From Selaginella moellendorffii (Eukaryota > Plantae > Lycopodiophyta), in assembly GCF_000143415.4 (NCBI RefSeq), contig NW_003314272.1:2071728-2135727 (forward strand): 64,000 nucleotides of DNA, in the 5' to 3' direction. A program made the position numbers and the translations under genes. The notes below the pieces were generated by a model. The model ran no database searches. It saw nothing but the letters and a program-made list of their open reading frames with translations, and was not told where the DNA came from. Positions 36,287-49,399 of the stretch are shown in pieces; position 1 is the stretch's first letter; each line of letters begins with the position of its first letter.

Positions 36287-37659
36287 GCCAGGAATAGGCT
36301 CCAATTCAACCATCAAACAACCAAGATCCGGATCAGGTTCTACCAGTAAATAATAATGATCAAGTGGTTCATAGAATATCACATCGACCTTGAGGTAAGC
36401 AAAAGTGAATTTTACAAACTAAAGGTGGTAATACATGTTTTTTGCAGCAATGACTATTGGTAGTGATTTCATTCCAGCTTGACGAGATGCTCGTGAAGAG
36501 GAGTTGGAGGAACTCTCATTGACAACACACCATATGACGGTAGCGTACTATTTATTACTCTTTTAATTCACTTAGCTCTTTTATAGGTCTGTCCTGTGTC
36601 CCCAATAACACAACGAGGCATTGTGGGTATCTTCATTGGCTCTTACAATAGATTATTGACATCTTTCACGGAAGACAACATCAACATGGATATAGGACGC
36701 CAATTCAACCGTTGGTGCCGAAAGATACAAAGGCCCTTGCTCCTAGTTACGGACTTCATTCTCTTTGACTTTCCAGATGGTCTTTCAGATATCGATGGGA
36801 AAGTTGAGGATTGGAACTTTCTCACACCTGACCACTTGCGCAATGCATTCCTATTGTCCGAAGCACTTATGCTCGAAGCTGGCCATGTTGTCTTCATCCT
36901 ACCGAACGACCCCAACTAGATGTATGAGCTTATGACGTGCGCAGCAGAAGTTCATTTCAAGTCATTCTCTTCCGGGTGTATCATGGATCCTATTGGTGTC
37001 GATACAAGGGGCGTCCATGGGAACCCTGAAAAGGTGAGTATATATTTTATATTTTTATCTAATTTCTAAACATTTTTATTTTCCAAGTTATGATGTGGAC
37101 CTATCATGCCTTCTGCAGAAACACACATGATGGGTTTCATGATAGCCAACGTGTAGTACGTGTTTTGCCTAGGTACGACAGTTTCATTAACATCATACCC
37201 AACCTTGTGGATGAGCAGATCCGCAACATGTTTCTAGGGTATCGATTCCGAACTCCATTGGCAATGCAAGTCTTGCTTGAGCTCTATTGCCCACTAGATG
37301 GTGTTGTGATTGATTGCACAGTAGGTAGCGGTTCTATGGTGGAGGCAGTATGTGACTCTAGTAGGTCGGTGTTTGCTATTGAAGAACATCATTTCTTCAA
37401 ATGCCGGCTCAGAGGATTTCGTGAGTTGCCTTCAACCTCAAGGAGGTAAATTATGTTTATTAAAATTTCAATATATATATCATTCTATTTTATAGATCAC
37501 AGTCACCTAAAGTTTCTAGAATTGGAGGCTTTGGAAGTCTCCCTGACTATGCAGAAGCCATGGCTCAACATATGCAAGGTGAATCTTCCCCACAATACCA
37601 ATATAGGAGGAACTATAAAAGAAATCATTATATTGATGATGAGGCAGAAGAAAGTTAAT
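36287..37659 (+). pseudogene. 3' half of the ParB-MTase cargo gene (MTase exons only)
   Basis: High identity to 5846-7217; DFILFDFPDG and IDCTVGSGS; TGG>TAG stop at 36917. Confidence 0.85.
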
Positions 37660-37967
37660 TGCATCCTTACATAAAATGGAAAGCTTGTTATATGTTAGAT
37701 GTCAGTGAAAGTGTTAGATGTCAGTAAAATTATCAGATGTCAATATCAGTATCAGATACCATAATTATAGATTATCATTCTCACCTGTCACCATCACTTT
37801 GTAGCACTTGTGTGTTGCCATCTCCTCCTTCAACATTTTGTAAACAATTGTATGTGATATGATAGCACCTTCTAGAACAAGGTATATTACCTATAACTAA
37901 TATCATTTTATTATATTTTTTCTTTTAATAGTGACAATACTATAGTATAGTAAAGTAATTCTAAATC

Positions 37968-38513
37968 TTACATTCCACTGTAGGGTGGCCTAAAAACCCC
38001 ATATTTTGCACTAGCCAATGCAGTGTTTTCCAAAGGGATGTTGTTCCTCACCATGAAGCAATAGTGGGTATGAGTCTGTAACTCATTCTTGAATCTATTG
38101 TACATCCACACGTGCACATTTTCCAGACCTGCTGTTGGGCAATTCCTACAGTGCTCAAGAAAAGTTTGTAAACCCATATAGCCATTTGTCTTGTCCAAGA
38201 AAAAGTAGCATATTGGACACCGAATGTAATAGCATTCTGTGCTTTCAAGTAGTCCCGCCATGTCAGAAGCAAGATCTTGCAAAAACATGTGTCATTGCTC
38301 TTGAAGCATTGGAGGCAATCCCTCTCTAGTAGCAAGATCCAAAATTTCACATATAGGGAGCTCTAGTTCAGCTTCACTAGAGCCCTCAGCAGAAAAAGGA
38401 TTATTATGTGGAGCTGAAGGTGGAATGTTGGTAGAACTTGGGGATGGAGGAGGAGATTGATATGAAATGCTAAGGGGCCAAGTATGAATAGCAATGACTT
38501 TCCTTTGAGCCAT
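37968..38513 (-). pseudogene. Right-arm zinc-finger ORF, frameshifted copy
   Basis: Homologous to 7527-8072; reads IRCPICYFFLDKTNGYMGLQTFLEH. Confidence 0.7.
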
Positions 38514-40659
38514 TTCAATACAAACTTCTAAGGAGCTCAACATACAATGACAACAAAAAACCTACAATGACTATAACTTTTCTTGATAGTTTATATACTA
38601 AGTTTTAGTTTTGGGAATGAGGTTTATTTATTATGATACTGACAATACTCAGATTCTTTAAATGTCAGTCTTGGAAATAGGGCTTCATAATCATATAGCT
38701 TTCTTGTAAACATAAGAGCTTCTAGAATTTTAGATTATCGTGTATACACATGCTCTATCATTATGATGAATCCTACTTTGCTACACATATATTTTTTTAT
38801 ACACATGCCAAATGTCTAGGGAAATAAATTGCAAGGAAATATACACTACATTATAGTGGTAGAGCACATTGGCACGCTACAATTCTCTCATGTGAAATTG
38901 CCTTTCAGTCTTGGAAATGTAGATAAAGTTGATTCTTTGATGTGATATTACTTTTGAGTCTTTTGAAAGATTTTGATTTCTTTTATCATTATTTACAAAC
39001 AATTTCCAAAAACTTTTAATGAGCATTCACTGCAAAATATACCTTGGTCTTATCATATGAGAGGATTGCGATATAGGCAATCAACAGAGTTTTTAATATG
39101 AATTAATATGTAAATTACAAATGTCATAGAAAGTTTTATGGAGTAGATTTCTTGGTGCTTTTTGTTGTGTTGTTCACTTCTTCATTTCTCTTGCTCTGGA
39201 CTGTTATTTCAGAAGTAACAAGAGCATTTTTATCAATCGTGATAATGGTCTCCACATTCCCAGATAGGTAATAAGGACTAGGAGTGTAATATGGAGATTG
39301 TGGTAGTGAAACAAAATGAGCATTCTCACATTCCTTTGCACTACAACTCTTACTCACAGATCCCATTTTCTCAAGAACCCTAAAAAATCTTTTGAATGAA
39401 GGAATAGTATCTACAGCTGTAAAAGTATTCAAAATATTAAGTAGTCAAATCAAATATGATAGCTATAACAGTTGTTATAATAAAATAATATAGTTTTATA
39501 AAAGATAGATTTTCATGAACTTTGTCTTTTTTAAACAATTCAATCTTATAGAAACTTTTAACTTAGATATTTACGTATTTTAATATTTGAAAGTTTGCTA
39601 GAACCTTCATTTGTTCAATTTAGATCTCCTTTGTAATATTTCTTATTGACTATGTTGACTTGTGTTGAATTGAGCTCAACTCAACTTTGGACCATCCCCA
39701 TGTAGTGGAAGGTTTAGACACCGAAATGCTTCTTGGAAACAAAGAGTTACGTGAGTAGTGGAGGGCTCTTGTGCAAATAAGTTAATGACCTTTTCATTTT
39801 TCTTTTGGGTGGCATCTGCCATGTGTCCAAAGGATAGTGGTGTGAAACTTACTTAAGTTTCAAAGCCTTGGGCTACTAAACAAAAGAATAGATCCAAACT
39901 CTTAAGCATGGAGCTAAAGAGCAATAGCACTAGAGCATGGAATGACTCCCGAGCATAAAACCCAAGGAATGAAGTTACAGGAGCACAAAGCAACTTAGAA
40001 CACTCCTAGAGCATTCAGTATCCTAATGCCAAGATCAACACGCAAAATGGAGCTAAACAAGTCTAGTGCTATTTCAACATACCAATGGCTTAACGTAAGG
40101 ATATGGGGCTTTCACTCTTAGTCACCCTTAGTACTAAAAGTTAGTCTCTAGGACAAACTTGAAACTTACTAAATATAGAATGCCCTTAGATTGCGAATTT
40201 GGACACAGGATGAACACCATTGTGTTCAGAACAATCTCTACATTTTATAGATATGAGCAAATCTAGACACTTTTCATAAATAGCATTTGGGACCATAATA
40301 AAACTAACACAAAGGGCATGATAGCGAGGGTGTTTGGCTGACACAGTAAGTTATTATTCAACGATATTGAGGGACTACTCTCAATATACAAGGATTCTTG
40401 TTAAGCTAGTGCAAGACAGAGCAAAAGAGAACTAACAAGCCGGACCAAGTATGCCTTGGGTAAATAGATATTTAAGAATTCCATCTTTATGCTCGTCCGG
40501 CCAAGTATAGATGCAAAGTCCAATTACTAACACTTGAACAAAACAGATGAATAAAGGGTCTAGCAATATTGACTTCTTGCCATCATGGCAATAAAAAAAG
40601 AATATTCGAAAAGATTAACTAACAGGTAATTATTAATACCCAAAGTCATATTTGCGACA

Positions 40660-43600
40660 CTCAATGCCCAAAGGAGTGGTTTGATATCATAATAGAAATT
40701 GTTTGTCATGAAAGTAATTATTGTGCACATTTACTTGAAGGTTACTCACAAAGGTTGTTTCCTAGTGGGTAAGGCTCCAGATGAGATTATTTATAACATC
40801 TCAAAATCAAAGCTTACATATAAGGAGTAGATACACATTCTGAATGACCTTAATAGCAAACTCAAATAAGGAGAAAAAGGTTTAGACAATATGATAGAGA
40901 CTATGATGAGGAGGACCATCTACATTTCACAAACTATATATGAAGGGGAGATATTTCTGGCACCTTTCATAGAGGATGATCCTGAGCAACTTCCATTCAA
41001 AGACTTCATCATCACTAAGCTTACAAATCTCAAAGATGATTGGCTACTAAAGAAGGCTATAAGCATGACTCCATTTGATAAACAACTTAGCCAACCTTTA
41101 TGTGGCAAGCAGCTTTTAGGTAATATACAATTTTTCAACTATACTCAATTTTTTTATATTCTATTGTAGGTATCTCCAATATAGAGGCATTCCTTTTGAA
41201 ACACCAATATGCAATTGACTCCTAAGGCATGACGTGAGAGATGGAAGCATGTACCTAATAATAATGAAATTTCCAATAGCGATAAAGTGAACTTGTCCTT
41301 AGGAATTGGAGATGCTAAACTATGCACCAACCTACCGAGAGGCTACAAGAGGCAATAATGAAGACATGTTAGATAACAAAGATGGTGGCTATGAAAATGT
41401 CAATACTATCAGTGTCAATGGCAAGCAGAGTGAAGATGGTGGTGAGAACAACTTGCAAGAAATTCCTCAAGAGGAAGTGGAGCAAGAGAACTAGGACGTG
41501 CAAGAAATTCTACTATAATGAAGGTGTGCAAATCCACAATTGGAGGAATTAGTCAACAGTGATGATGATTATCCAAGACATACCCATAACTGAGGAACTT
41601 CTCAAAGTATATTTCTCTTAATTCTCTTCTATTCTTAGGTCTTCAAAATGGTTGTAACAAGAACTGTTGGGAGTAACTTCATTCCAGCTCGTTTTGATGC
41701 TTGAGAAGAGGATCTAGAGGAACTTACATTTACAACATGTCATATAACAAAATATAAAATTTTCTTACTTTCACATCTTACCTTTGTCTTCTCCCCCTAG
41801 ATTCACCTTGTTTCTCTAGTGGCATTCCATGGTGAAGTCAGGATCTTTATTGGCTCCTACAGTTCATTGATGGCATCTTTCAAGGAGGATGTTGAGAATA
41901 TGGCTATCCAGCAAAAGTGGGAGTGCTTTTGTCAAAAAATCTATAGGTGATTGCTAAAAAGCACAAACTTCATGCTCTTTGACATGCTAGATGGCCTTCC
42001 AAATGCTAATATGATGTCCCAAGTTGGAACATCCTGACTAAAGACCAATTAAAGGATGCATTTCTTCTGGCAACAATTCTCCTTCACACAACTAATCAAG
42101 TTTCCTTCATTCTCCCAAATGACCCCAATTGGATAGCTTGCTTCATAAGGTATGCAACTCAAGTTAACTTCAAGAGGTTCTCTATCAAGTGCATCATAGA
42201 TTGTATTGGGGTCGAGACCAAAGGCATCCCAAACATGCCAGAGTAGGTCAGAAATCATCTTGTGTTTTGTGTTGTCTCTAGAAGTTCTATTATTCAGGTT
42301 ATAATGTGGACTTACCATGTATTTTGCAAAAGAGAAAATGAGGGTTTTCATGATAGCAAGTGTGTTGCATGAGTTTTACCAGGGTATGATGGCTCTACTA
42401 ACATCATACCAAATCTCATAGATGATGACATTTGCATCGCATTGTCTAGGTATCGGTTCCAATCTCCATCAGCAATGCATATCCTACTTGAGCTTTATTT
42501 TCCAACTAAGAGTGTTGTTAGTGATTGCACAACAAGTAGTGGTTCAATAGTCGAGGCAGCACATAACTATGGTAGATTAGTGTTTGCAATTGAAGAATAT
42601 AGATTCTTCAAATGTCATCTTAGAGGTTTTTGTTCTTCTCTATCAATTGCTTCTAGGAGGTAATTTATGACTTTTTAAAAACTTATATGCAATATATATT
42701 TAGTTTTCCTCTATATCATAAATTTCTAATACAATGAGCTCTAGAAGTCTTCCTATGTATGCATGGCACAACCCCCTGAATTGAGGAGTCGTATAAAAAA
42801 TTTATTTATCAATGATATAATAAAAGAGAGTTGAATGCATTCGCATGTCATATGTCAATGTGATAATGATAATGACAGTGACAATATCAGTGTCAGAGAT
42901 AGTGATAGTGATAGTGACAGTGTAAGTATTAGAGATAGTTAAAATATTAGTCTATCAAATTTCATATAAATGATTATTATGATTACAATTAATACCATTT
43001 TTTAAAAAATGGCGAGATGGGGGGGAGGGATGATGGATAATATCATAGTGTAAAAACTATTAGTAGCTAGAACTTTAGTAGGGTGGCCTAAAAACTTTAG
43101 TAGGGTGGCAAGAGAGCTCGAGTGTGCCTGGCCAGCGCCATCCCATTGCATACATAAGCCGTACATTACAACCAGCGGAGATGAACTACTCCACGACGGA
43201 GAAGGAGTGTTTAGCAGCAGTCTGGGGTTTCGAGAAACTTCATGCCTATCTACATAGTTCTCGGACGTTACTTGAAGGTGACCATGCTACTGTTACTTCA
43301 TTATTGAAGCGGAAGAACCTGGTTGGTCGTACGGCTCGATGGGCTTTGAAGCTTCAGATATATGATTTCGATGTTGTTCATCGCCCAGGGAGTTCTATGG
43401 CTGATGCTGATGCCCTTTCTCGAGCTCCTCTTCCTTCTCCACTCACTTCTCATGTTTCTGACGAACCTGTTGTTCCAGCATCTGTGGATTTTCTAGATGA
43501 GGATTCTGTGCCGTCGGTGGTTGCTGTCCTTGACATTCAGTGTCCACAGGGCGTAGAGCAAGATTTACCTTCTCTGGATGAGGTTCGCGAGGCTCAAAAG

Positions 43601-46032
43601 ATTGAGCCGTGGATTCGAAGGCTTCGAGATGGGTTTGAGAATCCTGCATCACTTGCTGATGACTTGCCTTTTCGGCATTTACATTCTCAATATCGCCTTG
43701 AAGATGGCCTTCTTTATTTTGTGGGGACGGATCCTGATGCTCATTTACGGCTGGTGGTGCCTTCGGTGTTTATTCCGCGGTTTCTCCATGCCTACCATGA
43801 TTCTCCTATTCTAGGTGGGCATATGGGACACCGTTATGTCACCGAGAAGCTGCGCAGATCTTTCTATTGGCCAGAGATGCGACGTGATATTATCCGGTAT
43901 GTGTGTAGCTGCGTTTGGTGCCAAGCTCGTAATACTCCCCCTTGTGCTGCGGAAGGACGGTTGGAGTCAATTGCAGTTTCTCGTCCATTTGAGTTGGTGG
44001 CGTTTGATCTTATGGGACCTTTTCCGCGATCGACTGCTGGCAATGAGTATGTTATTATTGCTTCTGACTACTTGACTCGTTGGGTGGAAGTTGGTGCTCT
44101 TGCTAGTGCCTCTGCAACTGCTGTTGGATACTTCCTCCTCAATCGAGTGGTGTTCCAGCATTCTTGTCCAGAACGGATTCTTTCGGATAATGGTCCTGCA
44201 TTTATGGCTGAGGTATTTCATGTTTTGACATCTCGGTTGGGGATACGCCACACTTTTACGAGTGCTTATCATCCACAATCAGACGGTCTGGTGGAACGGC
44301 TCGTTCGGACATTCAAAGGGATGATTGCGAAGTATGTGAACTTTCAACATTCGGATTGGGATGGTTATTTGCCGTCTCTTCGGTATGCTTATGTCACAGG
44401 GGTGCAGAGTTCTGTTGGTGCTTCACCATATAAACTTCTATATGGTCATGATCCAATATTACCAACAGAGCTGGGTTTACCTTCGCGATTGCCACGAGCT
44501 CCTGATGCTAGGTCATGGGATCAATATTTGACAAGCATTCTTCCACTTGTCCGAGCAGAATCTGCTGAACACTTAGGCCGCGTACAAGTGGGATAACAAC
44601 GGCGTTACAATTCCCATCATCGTCCACCAGCGGAGTACAAAGTGGATGATTTGGTGTTAGTCCGTTTTCCCCATCTTACGGTATGTGGTTTATCTAAGGG
44701 GCTCCTTGCGCAGTGGAAAGGACCGTATCGGGTGTTGCGGCAAGTTGGACCACAAGTTTATGAGGTTCGGCATGACGTTTAGCAGGCCGATCCTCCGGAG
44801 ATTGTGCATGTGCAGCAGTTAAAACGCTTCATACAAAGGGATCAGGAGCAGTTAATACCATCTACAGATCCACCAATGCCTCCTCCTGACGTTCCTCCAG
44901 ATCCCGGCCCATCTACAAGAGAACCCTGACGGCCTTCCATTATTCCGAGAGGAGGGGATGATGTGAGGGCCAAGTGTACGGCTACGATGCCGTATACTAA
45001 TATTAGCGTAGTGGATTTTGGTAGCCGTCGGATTGGTTTCAATCCGGACCACTCGCTCCTGTATATAAACTAGGGTTTTTGGGTTAATGGAGATGCACAT
45101 TTCTGTATTCCCTTTCCATATTCCATGCACTCACAAACCTAATTTTAGATACAAGTGGCTATAGGGTTCCAAAAGCTAAAAACTAGCATATAATTAATAT
45201 CTAGTTTTATTTTATATAGCTGGCTTGCCATATATAATAATGGTAAACACACACATACATATGAATATGCCTTTTTGCAAGATTACCTTTCAATTTTGAA
45301 AACATATACAGATTTGACTCTTTGATTTGTCCACATTATATATACTACACATTTATACTCCTTGCAAAGATACAACATATCAAGAGGAATAGAATATATA
45401 TAAGGAAACTTAATTTTCTTTATAATAGTTTAGTGGATTACAAAAGTTATGGAATGTTTTATAAAGTGGATTTGTTAGTGCTTCTGCTATGCTGTTCAGA
45501 TTGAAGTGGATTTGTTAGTGCTTCTACTGTGCTATAGAGATTGTGGTAATGAAACAAAATTAACATTTACACATTTTTGTATGTTAGAATTACTCATAGA
45601 ATTTTTGTTTTTCTTACTTCCCATCTCTATAAATCCCTAAAAAATGAATGAGTGAATCAGTATTTTGAATTATTCATATATTTCTTGACAATTATTGAAA
45701 TATCAAAATGTACAATAGAAATTTCAAGTTTGTGCAAACTTCAATATTCCCATTTTTATTTGGAACCTAAAAAGCCCAAAAATTTCTATAGGTTCAGATG
45801 ACCTTCTAATTCTAGAAACTACTCAATCAATATTTTATTGTATAGATTGTATTAGAAAGATTCAAAAAATAAAAATTTCTCTAAACTATTGATAATTGAA
45901 TTCATGAATTTCAAGTTCACCAAAGAATAACATTTTTTTGACTTAACATTTCCTTATAAAACTTATGGTTGACTATATTGACTAGTATTGACTTGAGCCG
46001 AATTAAGCTCAACTCAAGTTTGGACCATCCCC
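40660..46032 (+). mobile_element. MULE copy C, older diverged subfamily: degenerate cargo-gene 3' part (40660-42830) through right terminus
   Basis: MMRRTIYISQTIYEGEIFLAP, FMLFDMLDG, YRFQSPSAMHILLELYFP..SDCTTSSGS; terminus CTCAACTCAAGTTTGGACCATCCCC. Confidence 0.8.
43110..45135 (+). mobile_element. 5'-truncated Ty3/gypsy: RNase H end, integrase, PPT and 174-bp 3' LTR (44962-45135)
   Basis: ORF 43124-44596: PIAYISR..EKEC, HHCC, FDLMGP, SDNG, YHPQSDGLVER; GPY motif downstream. PPT GAGAGGAGGGGATGA; LTR TGTGAG...CTCACA. Confidence 0.9.
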
Positions 46033-46274
46033 TCTTGGGCCACTAAATGAAAATACAAAGCCAAAATTCCAAGCATATAGCCAAAGAACAAAGGGATTAG
46101 AGCACGAAATAACTTTCGAGTGTGCAGCCTAAAGAATGAAAAAGTAAGAGTATAGAATAACATTAAAACAATCTTAGAGCATTTAACATTCCAACGGTAA
46201 GACTAGTATATAAATGGAGCCAAACGGAGTTTAGCACTCTTTTAGCATACTAGTGGTCTAATGCAAGGATATGG

Positions 46275-49200
46275 TGTAAGGAATCAACTCCCCGAGGTAT
46301 CAAAAGCTAAAGGATCCCCAAAAGCACGACCAAAATAATAAAGAGTTCATCAGATGAGACCAAGTCTAGGATCAAGTCCAAGATTGACTCTGAGACTGAG
46401 TCTGAGATTGAGTCTGAGACCGAGTTCAAGACTGAGTCTGAAATTGAGTCCGAGACAGAGTCCGAGGTCGAGTCCAAGATTAAGTTTGAGACCAAGTCCG
46501 AATACTAATATAGGTTGTGGGGTGAAAGCCCAAAGCGTGTGTGTCTCCCAGAAGGGGGAGTTACAAGGGGTTCTAAAAATATAATAGGGATAGTGAGGTC
46601 CAAGAATCAGTCTTGAAAGAACTCTCTAGTGGTGCTTCCAAACTGACTTGAGGTTGAGACTGGGGCTTAGGGGCCTTGGATGGGAGTGAGCATAGACTCG
46701 GGTGGTGCCAGAGGAGCCACCCAAGGAAGTGCTCAAGAGCAACTCCCACTCCCAGAAGAGAAATCAACTATGGTGCTCTTGGCTCATATGGAGTGGTACC
46801 CCACTTGAGTATCTTGTGGCTCATTGGTCCTCACCCTTTCTAGGGGCTTGGGCCTTCCCATTGGGATGGAAGTGGGGGAGTAGGGGTACCCATACCAAAC
46901 CATTAAGCCATAGTGTTTCCCCCCAGCATTCCGAAGCAAGTGTTGTATCCAAAGCTTAGGATTTAGAGGGTCCCATGATCAAGCCTTGTTGTACCAAGGG
47001 ATGTTAAGAATCTAGAAACTTGGTGTGCTTGGCTACTTGTGCTTGTGGGGAGTGTAGCCGAACCTTAAATCCAGTCTAACCCAGAAAGGGGGATTAGGAG
47101 AAAATTTGAGAATTTGTGGATGGATAGTTAACACTTTATTACTCGTGTAATGAGTTGTTGAAACTAAGTATGACCAAGTAGGAGCTGGTACAATAGGCGG
47201 GAACCTTGGCACGGGAACTTAACTTAGGCCAAGGTCGTGGTGGTTAGATAGACAAGGTAAGCTAGCAAATTGGAAAGGAAAAATTTATGGCTTACAAATC
47301 GGTATCGAAGCCTTTTCTTTAGTTCTAATGAAGGATAGAGGTGGATTGTTGGAAAATAGCAAAGGTAAGGCGTAAAAGAACCAAGGTGGAGATGGAACTT
47401 CCTCCAGAGCTAGAGCTTTCGGCCAAAAAAAAGGCTATGGATGAAGAATCCTTGTATAAGGAGAACTCCAATAAGGAGACTTCTAAATAGGAGTTTGGTG
47501 ATGGGGTTTGGTCGTTCAAGGCTTAATTGAACGTTCTAGAAGGACAAGGCATAAACCAATGCCCTGTTGGAGACTTTCATACGCAAACTAAAGTATGACG
47601 AGAAGTGGAAGAAAAAGTGAAAGACTGTAGATACTGGTAGCGCAAAAGGTGTGGACCCTTTGGCGGGGACTAAGGTGGAACCGAATAAGGTCGAACAAAC
47701 TGAAGTCAAATTAGTCTCTCAAGCAATTCTCAAGTACAAACCAAAGCCCCCACTAGTCTTCAAAGGAGTGAATGACTATAAGGTGGTGGAGGATTGGTTT
47801 TATGGTATGAAGGATTACTTCCAAGTGTTATAGTCATCGAGCTTGAAGAAGGTCCTATATGCAAAACTATACTTGGTAGATGATGTTAAGTCCTGGTGGA
47901 GAATAACAAAGGCCAAAAAAGGACCAGTGGCCATTTGGGAAATGATGAAGGCAAAGATCCACGCAAAATCTTTGGGGATGGATTGGTTCAATCTATTTGT
48001 GATAACCCTACATAGACAAAGTAGGAACCTTGTGGTACTGGTGAATGCTCAGGGAAAATGATCCAGAGTGGAGGCCTAGGATCTAAAGGTAGGGCAATGT
48101 AAGGCTAAAGACTCTTGCTTGAACCTAGTGTCCATGAGAGAACAACTCACTAGAGGATCCAAAGTAGCATTCTTGTGCTTACTCTCGATAAGTGATAAAA
48201 AGACGGGAACAGAAGAAGTACCTTTAATGATTTAGTAGGTGCTGAACTAATTTCAAGGTACCATGCCAGAGGAGCTACTAACAGGATTACCTCCCAAATG
48301 ACTAATAGAACATAAAATTGAGCTGGTCGAGGGTGCTAAGGCGATGGTTTGTCCCCCCTATCATTTGAACAAAAAGAAACTTGAGGAGCTCAAATGCCAA
48401 CTAAAAGAGTTGGTGGATAAAGGATATGTTAAGTTGAGCAAGTCATTGTATTGGGTGCTAATGTTATTTGTGAAAAAGAAAGATTTATTTATGAGTATGT
48501 GCATAGACTATCAATTGCTCAACAAGTATACAAAGAAGAACAAATACCCTTTACCAAGAATTGAGGACTTGTTCAATAGGTTGGGAAAGGTGAAATACTT
48601 CTCAAGTATTGACCTAAGGTCAAGATACTACCAGATTAGAGTAGCAGAGGAAGATGTCAAAAAGACAACCTGTCGAACAAAGTATGGCAATTTTGAGTTT
48701 CTAGTGATGCGCTTTGGGCTGTGCAATGCACTAGCAATGTTCTCGGCGCTAATAAACCACATTTTTTGTACCCTATTTGGATCACTTCGTGGTCGTCTAT
48801 ATTGACGACATCCTGATCTATAGTGAGATGCTAGAAAAGCATGCCAAACACTTGACGAAGGTGTTTGAGAAACTAAGGGAACACAAGTTGTAAGCTAAAG
48901 AGAGCAAATGTGACTTTGTTTGACAATAGGTAAAGTTTCTTGGGTATGTGGTGGGCAAGGACGAGCTCAAGGTAGACCCTAAGAAGGTCCAAGCGATCCA
49001 GAAATGAGAGCAACCACCGAATGTACACGAGTTGAAGGTGTTCTTTGGGCTATGCAACTACTACCGAAAGTTTATCAAACACTATTCAAGAGTAGCCTTG
49101 CCCTTAATAGACCAAACGGGAAAAGGGAAGATGGTATAAACAACAGAATGTGAGGTGGCATTTGAAAGAAAAGTTGAGGAAGACTCTTGTGTTAGCATTA

Positions 49201-49307
49201 CTAACCTTTAGTAAAGACTTTGAGGTAAAAATAGACACTTTAGACTTTGCATTGGTTGAAGGTGTGGTTAAGTGAATAAAGTAAAATGGAAAATTTAGTC
49301 ACTTACA
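46275..49307 (+). mobile_element. Degenerate Ty3/gypsy element: LTR 46275-47296, PBS, gag and RT remnants, short LTR-end fragment
   Basis: TGTAAG...CTTACA followed by CGGTATCGAAGC (iMet-like PBS); gag A.LYL..D.KSWW; [20 protein letters not shown] and YIDDILIYS. Confidence 0.8.
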
Positions 49308-49399
49308 CATAGGTGGTGGGGCAAAACTTGGTGGCAAAAATGAGGCACCTAGTGCTATAGGTGGTGGGGCAAGTCTTGGTGGTGGAAATGGTAGATATG

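Larger units (their letters stand above)
32598..39699 (+). mobile_element. MULE copy B: both ends present, internally deleted (7.1 kb)
   Basis: Left end GGGCGCGGACCATACTTGAGCTCATGAGTTGAGCTCAA; right end ...TGAGCTCAACTCAACTTTGGACCATCCCC. TSD CTGTAGTG (32590-32597) / ATGTAGTG (39700-39707), 7 of 8 matching. Confidence 0.88.
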
